This document shows positions 41,055-42,470 of a DNA stretch of 42,470 nucleotides, in pieces; within the stretch, counting starts at the first letter, position 1; every line of letters starts with the position of its first letter. The stretch covers positions 1 through 42,470 of the IMG/VR virus record IMGVR_UViG_3300030732_000036. The stretch is one strand, 5' to 3'. The translations under genes and the position numbers were made by a program. The stretch comes from a virus. Below the pieces are notes generated by a model. That model made no database searches. It saw only the letters and a program-made list of their open reading frames with translations, and was not told where the DNA came from.

Positions 41055-41069
41055 CTTAGGAGAAAAAGC

Positions 41070-41357
41070 ATGATCCGAATCCGCCTGTTCCTGTTCTACA
41101 CCGTCATGGCCTTCATCTCGGTGGTGCGCCCTGCCGAGGGTACACGCCTGGTCGACGACGCCACCGACTACCGCGACGCGCTGCGCCGCGACTACGCCAA
41201 AGGCCTGCTCGATCGGCGCACCGGCGAGCCGCGCCCTGTCAAGCCGTCCTCGGGGCCCAGCGACGCCACCGTGTGGGCGGGCCTGGGGCTGGCCCTCCTG
41301 GTGTGTGGCAGCTGGGCGGCGCTGCTGGTCTATCTGGCCGTACGGTGGTTCAAATGA
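41070..41357 (+). CDS. membrane protein (N- and C-terminal hydrophobic segments)
   Basis: AGGAG RBS. Hydrophobic segments are LFLFYTVMAFISVV and VWAGLGLALLVCGSWAALLVYLAV. Confidence 0.55.
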   Translation: MIRIRLFLFYTVMAFISVVRPAEGTRLVDDATDYRDALRRDYAKGLLDRRTGEPRPVKPSSGPSDATVWAGLGLALLVCGSWAALLVYLAVRWFK

Positions 41358-41677
41358 GCGCCGGCGTGTTCACCTGCACCCAGTGCTGCGCGGCCAGCCC
41401 GGAAGCCTGCAATAGGCCGGGCTGCCCGAGCGCGCACCCGGGCCTGATGCTACCGGTGCCGCCGACCATCCGCGCCGTTTTTGAATGCGAGTCGGAGGGC
41501 GTCGTCGGTATGCAATCCGCGTCGGTGAAGCGCGTGGACCGCCACGACGACGGCAGCTTCACGGTGGTGATCGACTATTGGCCGACGAAAGAGCAGCTCG
41601 ACGAACGGTGGAATGAGGGGCTGAACTACGCCATGGCCACCTCGGACGAATGGTGCAAGCCCAAAGGAGAATCGTGA
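41354..41677 (+). CDS. Cys-rich hypothetical protein (107 aa)
   Basis: ATGA coupling. Motif CTQCC....C....C near the N-terminus. Confidence 0.55.
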   Translation: MSAGVFTCTQCCAASPEACNRPGCPSAHPGLMLPVPPTIRAVFECESEGVVGMQSASVKRVDRHDDGSFTVVIDYWPTKEQLDERWNEGLNYAMATSDEWCKPKGES

Positions 41678-41907
41678 TGGTCCACCTGCTCCTAGTCATC
41701 TTCGCCCAGTACGGCCTGGCGGTCGTGCCGGTCGAGGCGAGCATACACGGCCCGTTCACGAAAGCCCGGTGCGCCGAGCTTGTGGTGTCGGAGTCGAAGA
41801 TTGTCCCCATGAAGGACGGCGACGACGCGCGATGGCAGTTCGCTGTCTGCATTGAGATGCAGTCCATCCCCGAGCCGCAGCCTATTACCGAACCCTGGAG
41901 GTATTGA
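41677..41907 (+). CDS. hypothetical protein with N-terminal hydrophobic segment (76 aa)
   Basis: AAAGGAGAA RBS. TGATG junction with the upstream gene. Confidence 0.5.
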   Translation: MVHLLLVIFAQYGLAVVPVEASIHGPFTKARCAELVVSESKIVPMKDGDDARWQFAVCIEMQSIPEPQPITEPWRY

Positions 41908-41910
41908 AAA

Positions 41911-42470
41911 ATGACAGACGGTGAGATTAACGAAATAACGATGGGCAAGCTCGGGAAGTGGCCGTCATTCGAGGCGCAGGCTTGGGCTTGCAGAGTGGCG
42001 CATGCGGTCCTCGCAGCGCAGCAAGACAGCGACTGCCGCAAGTATTGCCAGCGTGAAGCGGACCAGGCCGCCCGGCCTGCCGCTGCGGACGACCATCTGC
42101 CTAGCCCGACCGGCGAACAGCTTTACACGATGGTAACAAGCCGCTTCAAGTCGGGCAGCTTCCCCTGGGCGACGGTGGCGGAGAGCGGGAAGGAAGCCTG
42201 GAGCGCGGCGGCTGCTGAACTGGCGTTTGCGCCGGACACGATCATGGCGAAATATTCCCCGCGACCTGCCGCTGCGGACGCAGGCGGGCTGTTGGATGCT
42301 GACCTGTTCGAAGAAATGGTGGAGGAAGGCTACACAGCCTTTGCCGAGGACAGCACCGCCTGGCGCAGCGACCCAGAGGCCACACATTCTTCCGGGCGCG
42401 AATCGTTCGCAGTTGCATTGCGGGCTGCGCTCGCCGTTCGACCAACTGCTTGCAGCGCAGATGGTCAGGG
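41911..42470 (+). CDS. hypothetical protein, N-terminal part of a wrap-around ORF (continues at 1..283)
   Basis: GGAGG RBS. I translated the frame by hand to the window end and found no stop. Contains a duplicated RPAAAD motif. Confidence 0.6.
   Translation, partial: MTDGEINEITMGKLGKWPSFEAQAWACRVAHAVLAAQQDSDCRKYCQREADQAARPAAADDHLPSPTGEQLYTMVTSRFKSGSFPWATVAESGKEAWSAAAAELAFAPDTIMAKYSPRPAAADAGGLLDADLFEEMVEEGYTAFAEDSTAWRSDPEATHSSGRESFAVALRAALAVRPTACSADGQ
42372..42470. repeat. terminal direct repeat, copy 2 (identical to 1..99)
   Basis: See copy 1. Confidence 0.95.

Overview
The window is not a chromosomal segment. It is a complete, GC-rich, HK97-type siphovirus (tailed dsDNA phage) genome. The first 99 nt are repeated exactly as the last 99 nt, and an ORF reads through that junction, so the unique length is 42,371 bp. 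This fits a circular assembly or terminal redundancy.

Plus-strand layout, following the circle:
- An early-right operon starts at about 40492 with a Cro/YdaS-like HTH gene and continues through small Cys-rich and membrane proteins and a wrap-around ORF.
- A promoter-plus-structured-hairpin cassette lies at 858-1009.
- Next come a DNA methyltransferase, a prim-pol/RepA-like helicase, an iteron array (probable origin) and an HNH endonuclease.
- A second structured terminator follows, then terS/terL, portal, prohead protease and major capsid protein.
- An unusual accessory cluster sits between capsid and connector: beta-propeller-like, LamG-like and Cys-repeat proteins.
- The rest is head-tail connector/adaptor genes, tail tube, G/G-T chaperone with a canonical -1 slippery site, a 1516-aa tape measure, two tail-tip/fibre genes and a lysis cassette.

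Minus-strand layout (40326 down to about 28324): one tightly coupled replication/recombination operon. It encodes a DUF2800-like nuclease, a DUF2815-like SSB, an AP2-domain protein, HNH, an ASCH-like protein, family-A DNA polymerase, a short beta-clamp-like protein, VRR-NUC, a NinX-like protein and an SNF2 helicase. It ends in a moron-like tail encoding a secreted protein.

I saw no integrase, CI-type repressor, tRNA, rRNA, CRISPR array or transposon.

Most interesting non-standard signals:
1. An extended -10 promoter module built around the perfect palindrome TTTGTACAAA recurs at module boundaries. One copy faces away from all neighbouring genes.
2. Two architecturally identical elements (22-bp stem, 31-32-nt loop, T-tract, then RBS) imply antitermination-type control.
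3. A head/neck accessory cluster carries a 24-aa single-Cys repeat shared by two genes. That repeat is fused in frame to the head-tail connector.
4. Five DNA-metabolism proteins end in the same acidic DL(V/L) C-terminus.

All family names come from motif recognition by eye. No database search was run.
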